64,000 nt of DNA from Vitrella brassicaformis CCMP3155 (lineage: Eukaryota > Protista > Chromerida): positions 1 to 64,000 of the forward strand of contig CDMY01000386.1 of the NCBI GenBank assembly GCA_001179505.1, read 5' to 3'. Every line of letters starts with the position of its first letter. Position 1 is the first letter of the stretch. The notes below the pieces were generated by a model, which saw only the letters and a program-made list of their open reading frames with translations, was not told where the DNA came from and searched no databases. Made by a program: the position numbers and the translations under genes. Shown here piece by piece: positions 61,601 through 64,000 of this stretch.

Positions 61601-64000
61601 ACCTCTACGGAGGGGGCCTCCGGGCGCCCAGAGACGACTACGCACTTGCAATGATCAAGGCAGGCACCCATCACACGCACACGAGCCACTCCATGGTGCT
61701 TTCTCTGTCTCTGTGTGTGTGTGTGTGTGTGTCTGCAGGGGGGTGTGCAGCCGGCGAGTACGTACCGCGGGTCACTGTGTCTGTCGATCGATCAGAAGCG
61801 CGTGCCCAACAAGAAGGGCTGGCCGCCCCTCGTCACCCTGGCAGCACACCCACTTCGCCTCAGAGTGCGACTCTACAGAGGCCTCTACCTCTTCGACATG
61901 AGGTCACCAACCAACTCACCACTTCCCCATCTCCATCCTGAACCCCACACACACTTCTTCTTGTGTCGTGTGTGTCTGTTTGTCTGTCTGTCTGACAGGG
62001 GCACGGATCTCGGCGACACCGAGGTGACGGTGCTGATCCAGGTGGCGGGTTGTGAGCTGCACCCGACCAATCCCTGGGGCGAGCCGATCGACGAGGACCC
62101 GCGGAAGGTCAAGGAGGGTGACAAGGGGGCCGTGGTGCGGCAGGTCATCCCGGACAAGATGCTCAAGCAGCTGCCCGAGGGCAACCCAGATATCCTCGCA
62201 TTCCCGGGCAAAGTCGACCAAGACGTGAGACCACGCCCACGCCCACGCGAACACACATACACAATGTGTCGAGTGGTGTTGTGTTTTGTGTGTGTGTGTG
62301 TGTGTGTGTGGACTTCTCTGTCAGGGTGTGTTGCGTCTGTATCCGTGGAACCGGACGGCCAAGCAGATGGAGCGTGACAAGAAGAACAAACGCGTCGACA
62401 AAACGGCCCTGGGGGTCGACACGGTCAGTGTGCCGCGTCTGGCGGTGTCTGTCAGGGAGGGAGGGAGGCAACCGACTTATGTGTGCGTGTGTGTTGTGTG
62501 TGTGTATGTTGTGTGTGTGCAGGAGCAGCCGACGGCATGGGTGGAGCGCACCACTCCTGTGCTGCGGGTACTGCCCGACGTGAAATATGCATACGTCTAC
62601 ATCCAGGTCACTAAAAATCACCATCATTGTCTGGCGCAACTCGAGGAGCATTCGTGTGTGTGTGTGCCTTCCTTCCGTCCCCCTGTGTGTCATGTGCTGT
62701 GTGTGATGTGGTGCAGGAGAAGGGCCAGGAGGGGAAGCTCCCTCGCATTTTCGGACGGTAGGTACCATCTTCCTACAGATAGATGGGGGCGATCAATCAT
62801 TCCATCAGGTTGGAGTTGATCGACGCCCCGACGCGCAACCGCGACGAGGAGGGGCCCGATGGCGGCGAACAGGCGTCACCACAGGCCACCAAGCCCGGCG
62901 AACGGAGAAGGCCAAACCCAGACTGGGTCAAGGTACGCACACACGCCCCGCACATCCATCCACTCACCAAACGAGAGCCATCCATCCAACCACTCTCCCT
63001 CCCTCCCTCCCTCCCTCCCCCTCCCTCTCAGCTCCACTTCGACCAGTCTGTGGTCCGTCTGCCCGAGGCCCGGTACCCATCTGACTTCGCGGGCTGCCTG
63101 CTGGGGTCGGCCCAGTTCATCCCGCCCCCCTTTGTGCCCAAGAAGCGCACCACCACATCGACCGTGCCATCAGAGGCCGGCGCCGGCGGGCAGAAGGAGA
63201 CGCGCATCGACATGCCCTTCGGCGAAACCCAGCCCCCCTCGTCGCCGTCGGAGGGCGGCGACCCATGGGACCTGGAGGAAAAGATGATTGAGTAAGAGAC
63301 AGAGAGAGAGAGAGAGAGAGATGTCGGCATCTTGTGTGTGCCTTTATTTATGTGGATGTCAGTGACCCTAGGATGGCTCCGAAGATAGAGGAGACGGCGT
63401 ACGTGCCCACCCTGACGCACACAGTGGGGCTGTGCCAGTGCAGACCCCAGGTGGTCCGCGACGGCTCGCCAGGCGCCACCGTCGAGTTCGAGCTGGAGCC
63501 GCCACGACCCAAGCGCGAGGGCACAGAGGGAGAGGCGTTGGCGAAGGAGCCGTCTCCGTTCTTCCCGCCGCTGTACCTGCACGTGGACGTGCTGCAAGCG
63601 CGGAACCTGCCGTCGCAGGATGAGGACGGGCTTGTCGACCCTCTCTGGGAGATCTGCGTCGAGGACAAGGTGGGGTGGTGGGCTGGTGGGTGCAGAGAAG
63701 AGCGAGGTCGTGTGTGGATTGGGTGTGCTGTCTTGTGTTGTCTTGTGTTGTGTTGGGTGTGACAATGGACAGCGTGTGTGTCCTGCTCGTGGGTTCGTGC
63801 CCAAGTCGCTGAACCCCTCGTACCTGCAGCGGGTGGTGATTCCCCTACCAGAGATCTACTGCCCGCCACCCACTGGCCCGTGAGCACCAGCAAGACCAGC
63901 ACCATGGGGCACACACATGACATGTGGCGGGCATGTGTGTGAAATGGTGCAGGCGCTCACCCGGCTCGTTGGGACCACCCGATTCGTTGGAGCGGTACGA
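58693..64000 (+). CDS. Ferlin-family multi-C2-domain protein, 5' part (runs off window)
   Basis: C2 motifs LHSATNLASADVASLSDPYVDV...KTKVIDNSLNPVW, CDPFVRL...VELYDND, QWYHLYGG...STYRGSL (ferlin-like), and LHVDVLQARNLPSQDEDGLVDP...KSLNPSY. Confidence 0.8.

Noticed and set aside
1-64000. tRNA, rRNA and snRNA genes
   Set aside because: None recognised by eye; a tRNAscan-SE/Infernal run would be needed to exclude them.

Overview
Intron-rich, GC-rich eukaryotic genomic window with (GT)n/(CA)n/(CTGT)n/(GATG)n microsatellite-laden introns. A myosin F-type gene, a ferlin and two members of a lineage-specific family suggest a chromerid alveolate such as Vitrella brassicaformis (inference). There are four 300-N placeholder gaps. 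Bases 1-7.3 kb are a repeat mosaic: minisatellites, a reiterated hairpin-bearing module and a Ty1/Copia-like LTR element cut by a gap. About 15 multi-exon genes follow, including a CCCH zinc-finger protein, myosin F, a pseudokinase/WD40-like protein, an ERI1-family exonuclease, a Tudor-like protein, an FtsJ-like methyltransferase and a ferlin. The standout is an 8-exon minus-strand gene (45344->43500) encoding an iodothyronine-deiodinase-like selenoprotein: LVLNFGSCS-UGA-PPF, with the in-frame UGA at 44673-44671. It is fused to a C-terminal CPFC glutaredoxin domain, is followed by two tandem form-II SECIS elements in its 3' region, and has a candidate Sec-redefinition hairpin just after the UGA. 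The second highlight is a myosin F with a divergent Ras/Rab-like GTPase domain inserted between its coiled coil and WD40 tail. All gene models were spliced by hand; no database searches or folding programs were run.
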